A stretch of DNA of 64,000 nt from Opitutaceae bacterium (GTDB taxonomy: Bacteria > Verrucomicrobiota > Verrucomicrobiia > Opitutales > Opitutaceae), in contig JBBKWO010000057.1 in NCBI GenBank assembly GCA_037969015.1, forward strand, positions 17,837 through 81,836. Reading direction: 5' to 3'. Of the stretch, positions 41,503-53,300 are shown in pieces. The notes under the pieces are model-generated. The model searched no databases, was not told the DNA's origin, and saw only the letters and a program-made list of their open reading frames with translations. Positions within the stretch are counted from its first letter, which is position 1. Each line of letters begins with the position of its first letter. The position numbers and the translations under genes were made by a program.

Positions 41503-42095
41503 ACCCCGACGTTGCCAAGCCACCGCTAATCGCGCCCGCCGGACTTAACTGGGCGCTGGCAACTCCCCTTCACCACGGCGCCACTCCCTTCATCGCCGGC
41601 CGCGCACTCGCCTCCCGGCTGCTGACGGATGCCGGCGCGCGCACCACAAATGTCGCGCGGGGACCACGCGGCGAACCCGTATGGCCGGATGGATTCACCG
41701 GCAGCATCAGCCATCGCGACGACGACCTGCTGGTGTGCGTCGCCAAAACCAGCGCGCTTATTTCGGTCGGCTGCGACGTCGAGCGCATCTGTCCATGGGA
41801 GCCGGAAGCCGCCGCCATCGCCTTCACCCCCGTAGAGCTGATCTGGTTGAATCAACAACCGACGGCGGAACGTGATCGCCGGGCAACCTTGCTGTTCGGT
41901 CAAAAGGAAGCCGCGCTCAAGTGCCTTTCTCCATTGCTCGGCCGCATCGTCGACTTCCGTCAGCTGTCGGTGAGCGTCGACATCGCGACGCTGCGTTGGA
42001 GTGCCACGTGCGCCCTGTCGGGCGCGAGGCCGGTCGGAGTCAGCATGTTGGACGAAGTGCGCGCCGTCAGTCTGGCGTGGATCACGGCGGGGTAA
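41499..42095 (+). CDS. 4'-phosphopantetheinyl transferase (Sfp/EntD type)
   Basis: GEPVWPDGFTGSISHRDD, VGCDVERI and FGQKEAALKC are PPTase motifs. The gene overlaps the upstream NRPS-like gene in an ATGA junction at 41499-41502. Confidence 0.8.
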   Translation: MNPDVAKPPLIAPAGLNWALATPLHHGATPFIAGRALASRLLTDAGARTTNVARGPRGEPVWPDGFTGSISHRDDDLLVCVAKTSALISVGCDVERICPWEPEAAAIAFTPVELIWLNQQPTAERDRRATLLFGQKEAALKCLSPLLGRIVDFRQLSVSVDIATLRWSATCALSGARPVGVSMLDEVRAVSLAWITAG

Positions 42096-42107
42096 CCCGA
42101 TAGAAAC

Positions 42108-43949
42108 TCAGACCTCGACGAGGTCTTTTTCGACGCGGAGGTTGTCGATGATGAAACCCTGGCGGTCCGGGGTGTTCTTACCCATGAAGAACGAGAGCAG
42201 GTCTTCGCTGCTATGGAGGTTCTTCAAGCTGATGGACTGCAGGCGGATGTTCTCGCCGATGAAGTCTTTGAACTCACCGGGCGAAACCTCACCGAGACCT
42301 TTGAATCGGGTGATTTCGGCGGACTGACCGAGCTTGTGCAGGGCGGCCTGTTTTTCGGCTTCGCTGTAGCAGTAGATGGTCAGCTTCTTGGTGCGCACGC
42401 GGAAGAGCGGCGTCTCCAGGATGTGGATGTGGCCGTTGGTGATGAGCTCGGGGAAAAACTTTAGGAAAAAGGACAACAACAGCAGGCGGATGTGCATGCC
42501 GTCGACGTCGGCGTCGGTGGCGATGATCACGCGGTTGTAGCGGAGCGTGTCGAGGCCGTCCTCGATGTTCAGCGCGCTCTGCAGGAGGTGGAACTCCTCG
42601 TTCTCGTAGATGACCTTCTTGGTGAGGCCGTAGGTGTTGAGCGGTTTGCCCTTGAGGGCGAAGACCGCCTGGGTCTGCACATCGCGGCAGGCAGTCAACG
42701 AACCGGCGGCGGAATCACCCTCGACGATGAAGATGGTGCTTTGTTCGGCGCGCTTGTCCTTGGTGTCGAGGTGCACGCGGCAGTCGCGGAGCTTTTTGTT
42801 GTGCAGGGAGGCTTTTTTAGCGCGGTCGCGGGCGAGGTTGCGGATGCCGGAGAGCTCTTTGCGTTCGCGTTCGCTGGCCTCGATCTTGCGCTTGATCGCG
42901 TCGGCGGCCTCGGGATTGCGATGGAGCCAGTTGTCGAGTTCGCGGGTAAGGAAACCGGTGATGAAGAGGCGGACGGTGGGGCCATTGGGGCCGACCTCGT
43001 TGGAGCCGAGTTTGGTCTTGGTCTGGGACTCGAAAACGGGTTCCTGCACGCGGATGGAGACGGCGGCGACGATAGACTGGCGGATGTCGGCGGCGTCGTA
43101 GTCCTTCTTGAAAAAGTTACGCACGGTGGTGACCAAGCCTTCGCGGAATGCGGCAAGATGGGTGCCGCCCATGGTGGTGTGCTGGCCGTTGACGAAGGAG
43201 TAATATTCCTCGCCGTAGTGGGCGCCGTGGGTGATCGCGACCTCGATGTCCTCGGCCTCGAGGTGGGCCATCGGGTAGAGCGGGTCGCCGGTGAGCTTTT
43301 TCTCCAGGAGGTCCTTGAGCCCGTTCTCGGAGCGGAAGGGCTTGCCGTTGAAATAGAGGGTGAGACCGCGGTTGAGGTAGGCGTAGTTCCAGAGCATCTC
43401 CTCGATGAACTCGGGACGGAACTTAAAGTCTTTGCCGAAGAGCGCTTCGTCGGGAGTGAACTCGATGAGGGTGCCGTTCTTCTCGGTCGAGGAGGCGACC
43501 TTATGGTCTTTGGCGAGTTTGCCCTGGGTGAATTCGACGAATTTCACCTGACCTTCGCGGATGGCCTGGGCGCGGAAGGAAATGGAGAGGGCGTTAACGG
43601 CCTTCTGACCGACGCCGTTCAGACCAACGGATTTCTGGAAGGTTCCAGAGTCGTATTTGGCGCCGGTATTGATGATCGAGACGCAGTCGATGAGCTTGCC
43701 GAGCGGGATGCCGCGGCCGTAGTCGCGGACGGTCATGGTGCGTTCATCGAGATAGATCTCGATCTTCTTGCCGTGCCCCATGGTGTATTCGTCGATACTG
43801 TTATCGACGGTCTCCTTGAGCAGCACGTAGATGCCATCCTCGGCATTATTGCCGTTGCCCAATCGCCCGATATACATGCCGGGACGCAGCCGGATGTGCT
43901 CGAGGGGTGAGAGGGTTTTGATGGAGTCTTCGTTATAGTTGGAGGCCAT
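42108..43949 (-). CDS. parE: Type IIA topoisomerase subunit B (topoisomerase IV ParE-like, 613 aa)
   Basis: [24 protein letters not shown] is followed by GHKL ATPase and TOPRIM ([12 protein letters not shown]) motifs. The size fits ParE rather than long GyrB. Confidence 0.8.
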   Translation of the reverse strand: MASNYNEDSIKTLSPLEHIRLRPGMYIGRLGNGNNAEDGIYVLLKETVDNSIDEYTMGHGKKIEIYLDERTMTVRDYGRGIPLGKLIDCVSIINTGAKYDSGTFQKSVGLNGVGQKAVNALSISFRAQAIREGQVKFVEFTQGKLAKDHKVASSTEKNGTLIEFTPDEALFGKDFKFRPEFIEEMLWNYAYLNRGLTLYFNGKPFRSENGLKDLLEKKLTGDPLYPMAHLEAEDIEVAITHGAHYGEEYYSFVNGQHTTMGGTHLAAFREGLVTTVRNFFKKDYDAADIRQSIVAAVSIRVQEPVFESQTKTKLGSNEVGPNGPTVRLFITGFLTRELDNWLHRNPEAADAIKRKIEASERERKELSGIRNLARDRAKKASLHNKKLRDCRVHLDTKDKRAEQSTIFIVEGDSAAGSLTACRDVQTQAVFALKGKPLNTYGLTKKVIYENEEFHLLQSALNIEDGLDTLRYNRVIIATDADVDGMHIRLLLLSFFLKFFPELITNGHIHILETPLFRVRTKKLTIYCYSEAEKQAALHKLGQSAEITRFKGLGEVSPGEFKDFIGENIRLQSISLKNLHSSEDLLSFFMGKNTPDRQGFIIDNLRVEKDLVEV

Positions 43950-44039
43950 GGATGCAAAAACGGGATGCTAACGGGAAAAGGACAGCCCTTGAGGGTTCGG
44001 CCGGCACAGGGGGAGACAAGCGAAAAGGGAAATCCGCCC

Positions 44040-44402
44040 CTACTCCACCACTGCAACCGCCTGCCGATGGTAACGCACGATCACCTGCAACGATCCTTGG
44101 CCGGTGTGGAAATCGACCGGACGTGCGGCGTTTTCCTCGGCCAGGTAGGACAATTGCAGCAAATCCCCGCGCCAGCGGCAGATCGCCCGGATGGTCCGGC
44201 CGGCGCCAGCACCTGTTTCGCAGACGATATCGAGCGCGGAAGGAACCTCCGCATGATTAAAATAGAGCCACCCACTGTCCGGGGCCGCCCCTTCCGTCTC
44301 CATAGTGTAGCGCCCGTCGTTGATAAGCAGACGCGCAGAGGGCACCGGCGCGGGGCCGCCACCAAACTCCACCGACTGAGGAATCCAAATACCGTCCAAC
44401 AT
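44040..44402 (-). CDS. TIGR03067-type (Planctomycetes-type lipocalin-like) small protein
   Basis: The sequence MLDGIWIPQSVEFGGGPAP...LLINDGRYTM...PSALDIV...GRTIRAICRWRGDLLQLSY......RPVDF follows the TIGR03067 pattern as I recall it. Confidence 0.6.
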   Translation of the reverse strand: MLDGIWIPQSVEFGGGPAPVPSARLLINDGRYTMETEGAAPDSGWLYFNHAEVPSALDIVCETGAGAGRTIRAICRWRGDLLQLSYLAEENAARPVDFHTGQGSLQVIVRYHRQAVAVVE

Positions 44403-44529
44403 CGCCCCAAACCAGCGTCTCTACCCTTGCGGGGCAAGTCCGCAGACAAAACCAGAGGCGAGCTTGCCCCAAAAGCCCCCCGTCCATATGCTCCACACTT
44501 AATCCGTAAATCCCTTCGATCCCAATATT

Positions 44530-45276
44530 ATGCTCAAAAAAATCCTCATCTTTGTCGCGGTTCTCGCGGTGCTCGGCGTCATCGCGCTGGTCGCCATCGG
44601 CTTCTTCATCAATCCGATCATCACCAAGGGCGTTAACTCGATCGCCCCAAAAATCACCGGCACCAAGGTCGAGCTCGCCAGCACCAACGTCTCCATGCTC
44701 ACCGGTGGTGGACACCTCAAGGGCCTGTTTGTCGGCAACCCCGAGGGCTGGAAGTCGGACAAGGCCTTTTATCTCGGCGAGATTCGTGTCAGCGTAGTCC
44801 CGACCTCCCTGCTCAGCGACTGCATCGTGATCAACGAGGTCTTCATCGATTCCCCTGAGTTCGTCTACGAAACCAACCTGCGCTCGTCCAACATCGCCGC
44901 ATTGCAAAAACAGATTCAGGACAACCTCGGCATGGGCGGCTCCGGCAGCGAGCAACCTGGTGAAACGCCCGCCAGCGGCTCGGCCAAGAAAATCATACTC
45001 AAAAGCTTCAAGCTCCAGGGCGGCAAAGTCACCCTCGGCCTCGGTGCCAGCGCGATCACCGTGCCCATGCCTCCGCTCTCAATCACCGACCTTGGCGTGG
45101 CCGAAGGCGGAATCACTCCCGACCAAGCCGTCTCCGCCGTCATGAAGGCGGTGCTCAATAACGTCACCAAGGCCGCCACCGGCGCCCTGCTCAATGGCGG
45201 CGGGGCCGGCGTGGATGGTATCAAAGATGCCACCAAGGGCGTCACCGAAGGCCTCAAGGGTCTCTTCGGCAAGTAA
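44530..45276 (+). CDS. Membrane-anchored hypothetical protein (AsmA-like N-terminus, tentative)
   Basis: The N-terminal TM segment is MLKKILIFVAVLAVLGVIALVAIGFFI, and the protein is 248 aa. Confidence 0.55.
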   Translation: MLKKILIFVAVLAVLGVIALVAIGFFINPIITKGVNSIAPKITGTKVELASTNVSMLTGGGHLKGLFVGNPEGWKSDKAFYLGEIRVSVVPTSLLSDCIVINEVFIDSPEFVYETNLRSSNIAALQKQIQDNLGMGGSGSEQPGETPASGSAKKIILKSFKLQGGKVTLGLGASAITVPMPPLSITDLGVAEGGITPDQAVSAVMKAVLNNVTKAATGALLNGGGAGVDGIKDATKGVTEGLKGLFGK

Positions 45277-45317
45277 ACTGGACGCGCACGCGAGTCGCCG
45301 CCTCCGTTCACATCACC

Positions 45318-45346
45318 AAGCCGGTCCGATTCGGGCCGGCTTTTTT
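45318..45346 (+). terminator. Rho-independent terminator
   Basis: The hairpin AGCCGGTCC-GATTC-GGGCCGGCT is followed by TTTTTT. Confidence 0.7.
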
Positions 45347-45462
45347 GTGCACTACCCCAAGTCGCGATTAACCCGAGACCATAGCCTGAACGTGGCACAG
45401 GCATTCCTTCCTGTGCCACTTCGAAGCGCTCACATTCGGCCCATCAGGAACGCGAAATGGAA

Positions 45463-45681
45463 TCAGTAGTGCGGAGGACGGTCATCCGCCGGCGACGCCA
45501 TTCCACCACTTTCGCCGGCGGCCTCGCCACCTGCTCCCGGACGTTCGGCCAGTCGCTTCACCTCGGCGCGCAAACGATCCAGCTCACGCGAATACTCGAG
45601 CATCGCCTTGTCCTGCTCGACCACGTGGCGCTCCAACCAGGCCAGACGCTCTTCAACGTAATCAAGTCGTTCGTTTGGCAT
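45463..45681 (-). CDS. slyX: SlyX family protein
   Basis: The 72-aa coiled coil contains LDYVEERLAWLERHVVEQDKAM and ends in the characteristic ...PPHY C-terminus. Confidence 0.8.
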   Translation of the reverse strand: MPNERLDYVEERLAWLERHVVEQDKAMLEYSRELDRLRAEVKRLAERPGAGGEAAGESGGMASPADDRPPHY

Positions 45682-46294
45682 TAGGCTTTTTGCGTGGTGT
45701 TTTAGTGGCTCCGATTTCTCCCGGAGACATTTTTTTTAACTGCTCCAACTCCGGCACCACCACCCGTTGATAACAATCGGGGCACACCGAATGGCTGAAG
45801 TCGGTGCCGGTGCGCTCGTTGATGTAGCTCTCGATCTGTTGCCAGTAATTGCCGTCATCACGGATTTTTTTGCAGTAACCACAGATCGGCAAAAAGGCCT
45901 CCAGCTGACGCACCTGCGTGGCAAACCGCAGGATACGCTCGGCCACCCGCAACCGCATCCAGATCTCCTGACGGGAAAGCGGCTTGGTCAAAAAGTCGTC
46001 CACGCCCGCCTCGATCGCCTCGCGCTGGTTGTCCACCGATCCGCTCTGGCCGGTCAGTAAAATGAAATAAACATAGTCAGCCTCGGGCCGGGCACGCACC
46101 TGACGGCACAGTTCCAGTCCATCCATTTCGGGCATCACCCAGTCGCTCACCACGACACGAACCGGTTCACGTTGCAGTTGCTCCAATGCCTCCAAGCCGT
46201 TGCCAGCCTCGACCACCTCATGACCCAGCATACGCAGGGTCTGGCCCAAAACCGCGCGGGCCACCGGATCGTCTTCTACCGTGAGGATTCTCAT
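45662..46294 (-). CDS. Response regulator: REC domain plus a C-terminal Cys-rich (ICGYCKKIRDD...CPDC) module
   Basis: The REC domain reads MRILTVEDDP...VVVSDWVMPEMDG. The tail is PICGYCKKIRDDGNYWQQIESYINERTGTDFSHSVCPDCY. Confidence 0.8.
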   Translation of the reverse strand: MRILTVEDDPVARAVLGQTLRMLGHEVVEAGNGLEALEQLQREPVRVVVSDWVMPEMDGLELCRQVRARPEADYVYFILLTGQSGSVDNQREAIEAGVDDFLTKPLSRQEIWMRLRVAERILRFATQVRQLEAFLPICGYCKKIRDDGNYWQQIESYINERTGTDFSHSVCPDCYQRVVVPELEQLKKMSPGEIGATKTPRKKPNAKRTT

Positions 46295-46364
46295 AAGAAC
46301 ACCCCCACCCTAGCCGACCGGGACTAAGTAAACACGCCCAAATTTCAGCACCCCCAACGTCGGC

Positions 46365-46748
46365 TCAACCACTCGCCCCCGGTCCACCCAGAATTCTGAT
46401 CGCGTCAATCGCCCCCTCCAGCACCTTCCAGTCAAACGGCTTGGGCAATGCTAGCGTCGCTCCGCACGCCGTCGCCAAAGCCGTCAACTCGTGCGGGGCC
46501 CGCCCCGACATCAATAGCACCGGCACATCCGCCTGATGCCGACCGGCCCGGATCTCCCGGCACACGTCCGGTCCACGCAGACCGGGCATATCCACATCCA
46601 CGATCACCAAATCCGCCCCGCCCTCGGCCAGCCTCGCCAACCCCGAAGCCCCGTCGGCCGCCGTCACCGCCTCCAGCCCCGTCATACGGCACCACAGCGT
46701 CAACAGCTCCCGAATCGACTCACAATCATCGATGATCAAGACCCGCAT
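46365..46748 (-). CDS. Single-domain response regulator (REC)
   Basis: MRVLIIDDCESIRELL...DLVIVDVDMPGLRG...LPKP is a REC domain. The start is rc ATG 46746-46748. Confidence 0.8.
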   Translation of the reverse strand: MRVLIIDDCESIRELLTLWCRMTGLEAVTAADGASGLARLAEGGADLVIVDVDMPGLRGPDVCREIRAGRHQADVPVLLMSGRAPHELTALATACGATLALPKPFDWKVLEGAIDAIRILGGPGASG

Positions 46749-46975
46749 CACCGCTCCCCCTCCCCCGACACGCAAGCGCCGGCCGACTGATTCGACTGCA
46801 TCTGCTCCAACAAAACCAACACCTCCCGGCAAGCCGCCCGGGCCGACTGCGTGCCCTGCATGCGCTCAAGCCCCCGACAAATCTCCACCAACGTCGCCAA
46901 CACCCTCATGCGGTGCCGCGCCCTGAACGCCAATTCCTCCGTGGAGCGGGCCTTGCGCAGAGTCTTGATCGGCAT
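46748..46975 (-). CDS. Small helical hypothetical protein (75 aa)
   Basis: It starts with ATG. Its TGA shares one base with the downstream REC ATG (TGATG), which suggests translational coupling. GC3 is high but G-biased, with many TTG/GTG codons. I recognise no family. Confidence 0.4.
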   Translation of the reverse strand: MPIKTLRKARSTEELAFRARHRMRVLATLVEICRGLERMQGTQSARAACREVLVLLEQMQSNQSAGACVSGEGER

Positions 46976-47117
46976 AAAAACATGTTTTGTGTGCGTTCTA
47001 TTTTATGTCAACCAACGAGATTTACGGGTTTTCAAATCACCCGCCTCCACGACCGATGTGTGGACCCTGACGCCGCCTGCGTTGACACCGGCCCAAACCC
47101 GCCGCTACTCCCAACGG

Positions 47118-47618
47118 ATGCATTACACCCAGCTTTTCCGGAACCTACGGGAAGCCAAGGGCCTCACGTTGGACTCGCTGGCCACCCAAGCACGCTGCCA
47201 CCGCAACACGGTGATCAACGTCGAATCCGGCCGTCCCGTGAAGTTCAAGACCATCAGCCGCCTCGTCGAAAAAATGGGCTACCCGGCCGATTCCGCCGAC
47301 ATGAAGAGCATCGCCCTGCTCTGGCTCGAAGCCGCCAGCGGCATTCGCTTTTCCCAACCAACCGTCACCGCCGAGGCCATCGACACCATCAATCGGCACC
47401 AAGCCGACGTCACCCACGCCGCCGCGGAGCTTCGGGCCGCGGCCCTCGACGCCCATCTCACTCCTGAACAGATCAACCTGCTGATTTTCGCACTTCGCCA
47501 CCCCGAAGTCCTCAACATCCTCGGGAGCATCCAAACGCTAACCAACCGCCTAGGCGCCTACCCCTTGGCCGATGACGACGACGACCAACGGCTCGTCGCC
47601 GAAGACGAGCCCATGTAG
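47118..47618 (+). CDS. XRE-family helix-turn-helix protein
   Basis: The start MHYTQLFRNLREAKGLTLDSLATQARCHRNTVINVESGRPV is an HTH_3/XRE motif. The C-terminus is acidic. Confidence 0.7.
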   Translation: MHYTQLFRNLREAKGLTLDSLATQARCHRNTVINVESGRPVKFKTISRLVEKMGYPADSADMKSIALLWLEAASGIRFSQPTVTAEAIDTINRHQADVTHAAAELRAAALDAHLTPEQINLLIFALRHPEVLNILGSIQTLTNRLGAYPLADDDDDQRLVAEDEPM

Positions 47619-47737
47619 TCCGCGCGACAAGCGGGTAACTGAGAATGATAATGAGAAAGAGTAATGACGAAAGATGGGGGCCCCCGCGCTGACTCTTTCT
47701 CGTTATTCTTTATCTTTCCACCCTCGCCCCCCTCCCG

Positions 47738-49885
<2,148 letters not shown>

Positions 49886-49976
49886 GTAGGGAAAGGGACT
49901 AGGTTCAACCCAAACCCCGGTCGAGTCCAAGGCAAAGCTACTGTGGGCAAATCGCGTCAGCCCTTACTCCGTTCAT

Positions 49977-50157
49977 TAGGCCGTGTTTTCGAAATAAACC
50001 GGTGCTTCGTGAGAGGGAAACCATGCTCGGTCAAGGCGACCGAAGCGGAGGCGGGCCAGCGGCCCGTGCCGCAGAAGGGTAACACCGGCCCAGCTTGGTT
50101 TCCTTCTCACCCGTAGGGCGTAAGCAGAGCGCTGGTTTATTTCGAAAACACGGCCTA
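49977..50157. mobile_element. MITE-like non-autonomous element (181 bp) with perfect terminal inverted repeats
   Basis: TAGGCCGTGTTTTCGAAATAAACC (49977-50000) is the exact reverse complement of 50134-50157. If the outer TA dinucleotides are a target duplication, the TIR is 22 bp. The interior also pairs (GAGAGGGAAACCA with TGGTTTCCTTCTC). It has no coding capacity. Confidence 0.65.
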
Positions 50158-50306
50158 GCCTCAACGACCTGCGAGCCAGGCTGTATTCGGATTTTTAACA
50201 ATCCCTCCTCGAAACTCTGCCGTATTTTACCCAAAGGGTTCCATGCTGGCCAACGTCTATATGTTACGCCGCTTCCATCGGCCAACACCAAGCCCCTTTA
50301 CTCCAA

Positions 50307-53300
50307 ATGCCTCGCTTGTCCGCGCTCCTGCTTTTTTCCCTCACCATAATCGGCCTCATTCCCGCTGGGCGCGCTGACCCAAACCTTAGCTCCAAGACGG
50401 TCGAGAGGAACATTCCCATAGTGGCATTGCTGGTGGATAATCCCGATCTGGAGGCCCTCCTGATCTCGGAGCTATCCGACGTTACGATATTATCGAGAGC
50501 AGACCTCCCGCTCCTGTCCACCGAGCGCCTTCTGGCTGGCGAGCGCGTTGATCTCGTGGGGGCCACAATCGCGATAATCGTGGATCATTCCGACAACCAC
50601 GGCTCTGTTCGTATGGTCGATTGCTCATCAGCAGCTACAGTTGTGGCACTGGATTTTCCGACCATGCCGACAGCCGAGACCGCAAAATGGATCGTCACTC
50701 GTATCCGGCCTCTACTGGACTTCAACATAGCCGGAGACCGCGCCCTCGTCAGCTTGGCCGGTCTGCATTTCGTCACAGATTCGCCGGAAAATCGTTCAGC
50801 TGAACGCACGATAAACCTCATACTGACCGCCCGCCTGCAAGCCCGCGGAGCCATCGTTCTCGAGCGCTGGCGCATGCGCGATCTCGTCTTTGAAAAGTCC
50901 CTCCGCTCCGAGGAGAGCCCGTTCTGGAAAACTTCCGAACTGGTGGACGGGAGCATTTCCACAACCGAAGGTCGGCTCCAGGCGACTGTCCGCATCCGCG
51001 ATGCAAACGGCACACAAAAACTCGTTCAAGCCGAGGGCGACGGGCCGTTCGCCTTGGCCGATAAAATCTCGGCATTGATTATCGCGAGCCCTCAACCCGT
51101 GGGTAACAAATCAGGGGCGCCATCTGAGGCGGATGCGTTTCTGATCGAGGCGCACTGGATGCTGGACCACGGATTGCCGCGCGAGGGGTGGCAGGCGACG
51201 GAGGCGGCGCTCGCACTGGGGGTTGGCCAACGACGGGAGGCCGAAATGCTGCGAGTCAGAGCCGCCGCGATGTGCGCATATCCGGATGATTTGAAGAACA
51301 GTGGCTACGGCCAGGATGGCGGCTATCGCGTATGGGCATTCAAAGATTTCGATTTCACCACAAGCGTGGCGGCGGCCACCGAGGCTGTGCTGCTGTCTGG
51401 AGATTACTGGATCGCATATCCGCCGGAAGTCCCCTCCCCGCGACGCGAGCTTGGAGATGCAGACAGCCTCGGCATTCGCGCGCTTTACACAGGGCTTCGA
51501 GTCTTGCGCGGCGCGCACGCATTCGGCTGGGCCAGTGATAACACCGAAGCGGTGCGCAGACTTCGCGACTCCATCCGACGTATCATGGCACTCATGCAGG
51601 ACGGCCCCCTGGGTCATCAGCGCACCACTTTTCTAATCTATCTCACCAACTACGCCGGCTACTGGAGTGAGACGCCGGATGAGGCCGTGGCGTTTTATCG
51701 CAAGGTGCTGTCTCCAGATTTTGATGCAGGTTTGGTCACATGGCCCGAGGCAATCCGAGGTGAATTGGCCTACAGCGATTTACCCCACCAGCCGTTTCTC
51801 ATCGGAACCGCCCCGAAGGCGGATTTCCCATTTGGCAGCGGTTCAGAGCGGGTGATCGCGCGTGATGAGGCGACGGCGCGCGATGCTTGGGCGGGTTTCC
51901 TCGATGAGTTGGCTCGTTCGCCGCACGCCCTGAACCGCGCCGACAGCCTGGCGCTCCGATGGCAATCGACCGCTGATAAAAACGCGCGCATCGCCCTTGT
52001 CGAACGCATGGCCGTCTTCATGTCGGAGAACGTCGAGACGTTGTCCGGACCGCTCGGCTACGCGATCTTCTGTCAGTTTAGGGAACCATTTCGGCACGCG
52101 GGTCGCTCGACAGATTTCATGGCCGGGCAACAAAGTGCTATCGACGCTTATGTCGCTCTCATACGAGCGGAGTCGCCGGTTTCTCCAACGATACTCAGTT
52201 CCATCTGGGTGTTGTTTGAGAATAGTAATGTAAACATCACCGACGCTCAGGGACGCGCGATACTCGCGGCGCTGGATGTCCGGCAGTCACGGGGCGCGCT
52301 TTCTACTGGATATCTCGCGGGAATCGATGACGCGCGCTCAAGTATTTGGGAACGGCTCCCCGCACTGCGTCCGGTGGAAAACATGGAAGGCGCTCTCGTG
52401 GCCCGTTCCCTGTGGATCGCCGCTGAACACTGTCCCAAAGACCTTCGCGGACAAGTCGGATTTAGTCCGGATGCCGCGGTTTGGCGGGAGGGTTTTTTGT
52501 GGGTTCTTGATCCTCGCCAAGGCAGGCTTTGGCAGATCGATCCGCAGAGCGGCGATGCATCCGTGCATTCGGCTGAGAATCGCCCAAAGCCCGATTACGA
52601 ATCTCAACTCGTCCCGTGGGGGCGGCGGTTTGCCATCACGGCTGAACGGGGAGTGTGGGTTCTTGACCAAGCCAAGGGTCACTGGGTCCGGCTGGATTTG
52701 CCAACGGCCCGCTACCAGATTGGGGTTGCCCACGGTGATCTCTGGGCCGCCTCCGGAGAGCGCGAAATGGCCGGAAGGGTGAAGCAGACCGAGGGAAATA
52801 CCCTCTACCGCATCTCGCCCGAGCTGACCTGCGAACTCATCGTGTCTTCGCGTCGCCGTCCTCCGGTGCATCCGCTGGATACCGCGTTGGCGGGAGAGCC
52901 GTTTTCAGTATCTCCCTCCGGTAACGACGGAGTCTTGATCGGGTCTTTCGGTGAGCGTTGGCTGTTTCAGGATAGCGGAAGTGGAATTCCCCTGAAGCCA
53001 CTGGAAGAGCGCTTCGTTGGGAATATAGAGGTAACCAGCAACCCGGAGCTGATCGTCCGACACGTCCATCAGGCCGGAGATCGAAACCGACTCGTAGGTA
53101 TCGAACAATTGAATGCGTCAGGTGCCGAACGGCTGATCAGCCATCCGTCACGAGACCGCCGTGGTCCGGCGCGATTTGTTTACCCGCAGGAACTCGACGA
53201 TCTACCCGCAACCAAGCACGTGGCAGCTTGGCATAACAACGCCCTCTATGTTTTGGCATGGTCCTCCCGTGGCTCACCGTGGGGAGCTTCCGAGGCCTGG

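Noticed and set aside
42492-43910. A 472-aa plus-strand ORF opposite parE. Similar long ORFs lie at 36190-37167, 35242-36030, 5687-6751, 26879-27934 and 22013-22930.
   Set aside because: All of them lie antisense to genes with strong family signatures and have the G/A/V/D/E-rich composition of GC-rich shadow frames.
45392-45420. TGGCAC-N5-TTCC as a sigma-54 promoter.
   Set aside because: The essential -12 GC is replaced (TTCC). The TGGCAC is simply one arm of a perfect 10-bp inverted repeat (GTGGCACAGG ... CCTGTGCCAC) located downstream of two gene ends.
47641-47717. A Fur-box-like sequence, GAGAATGATAATGAGAAAG.
   Set aside because: The first 12 nt resemble the Fur consensus GATAATGATAAT, but the second half does not match. 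The sequence forms the arm of a long purine-rich hairpin (GAGAAAGAGT ... ACTCTTTCTC, with a GGGGGCCCCC loop) between two convergent stop codons. It is more likely a bidirectional terminator.
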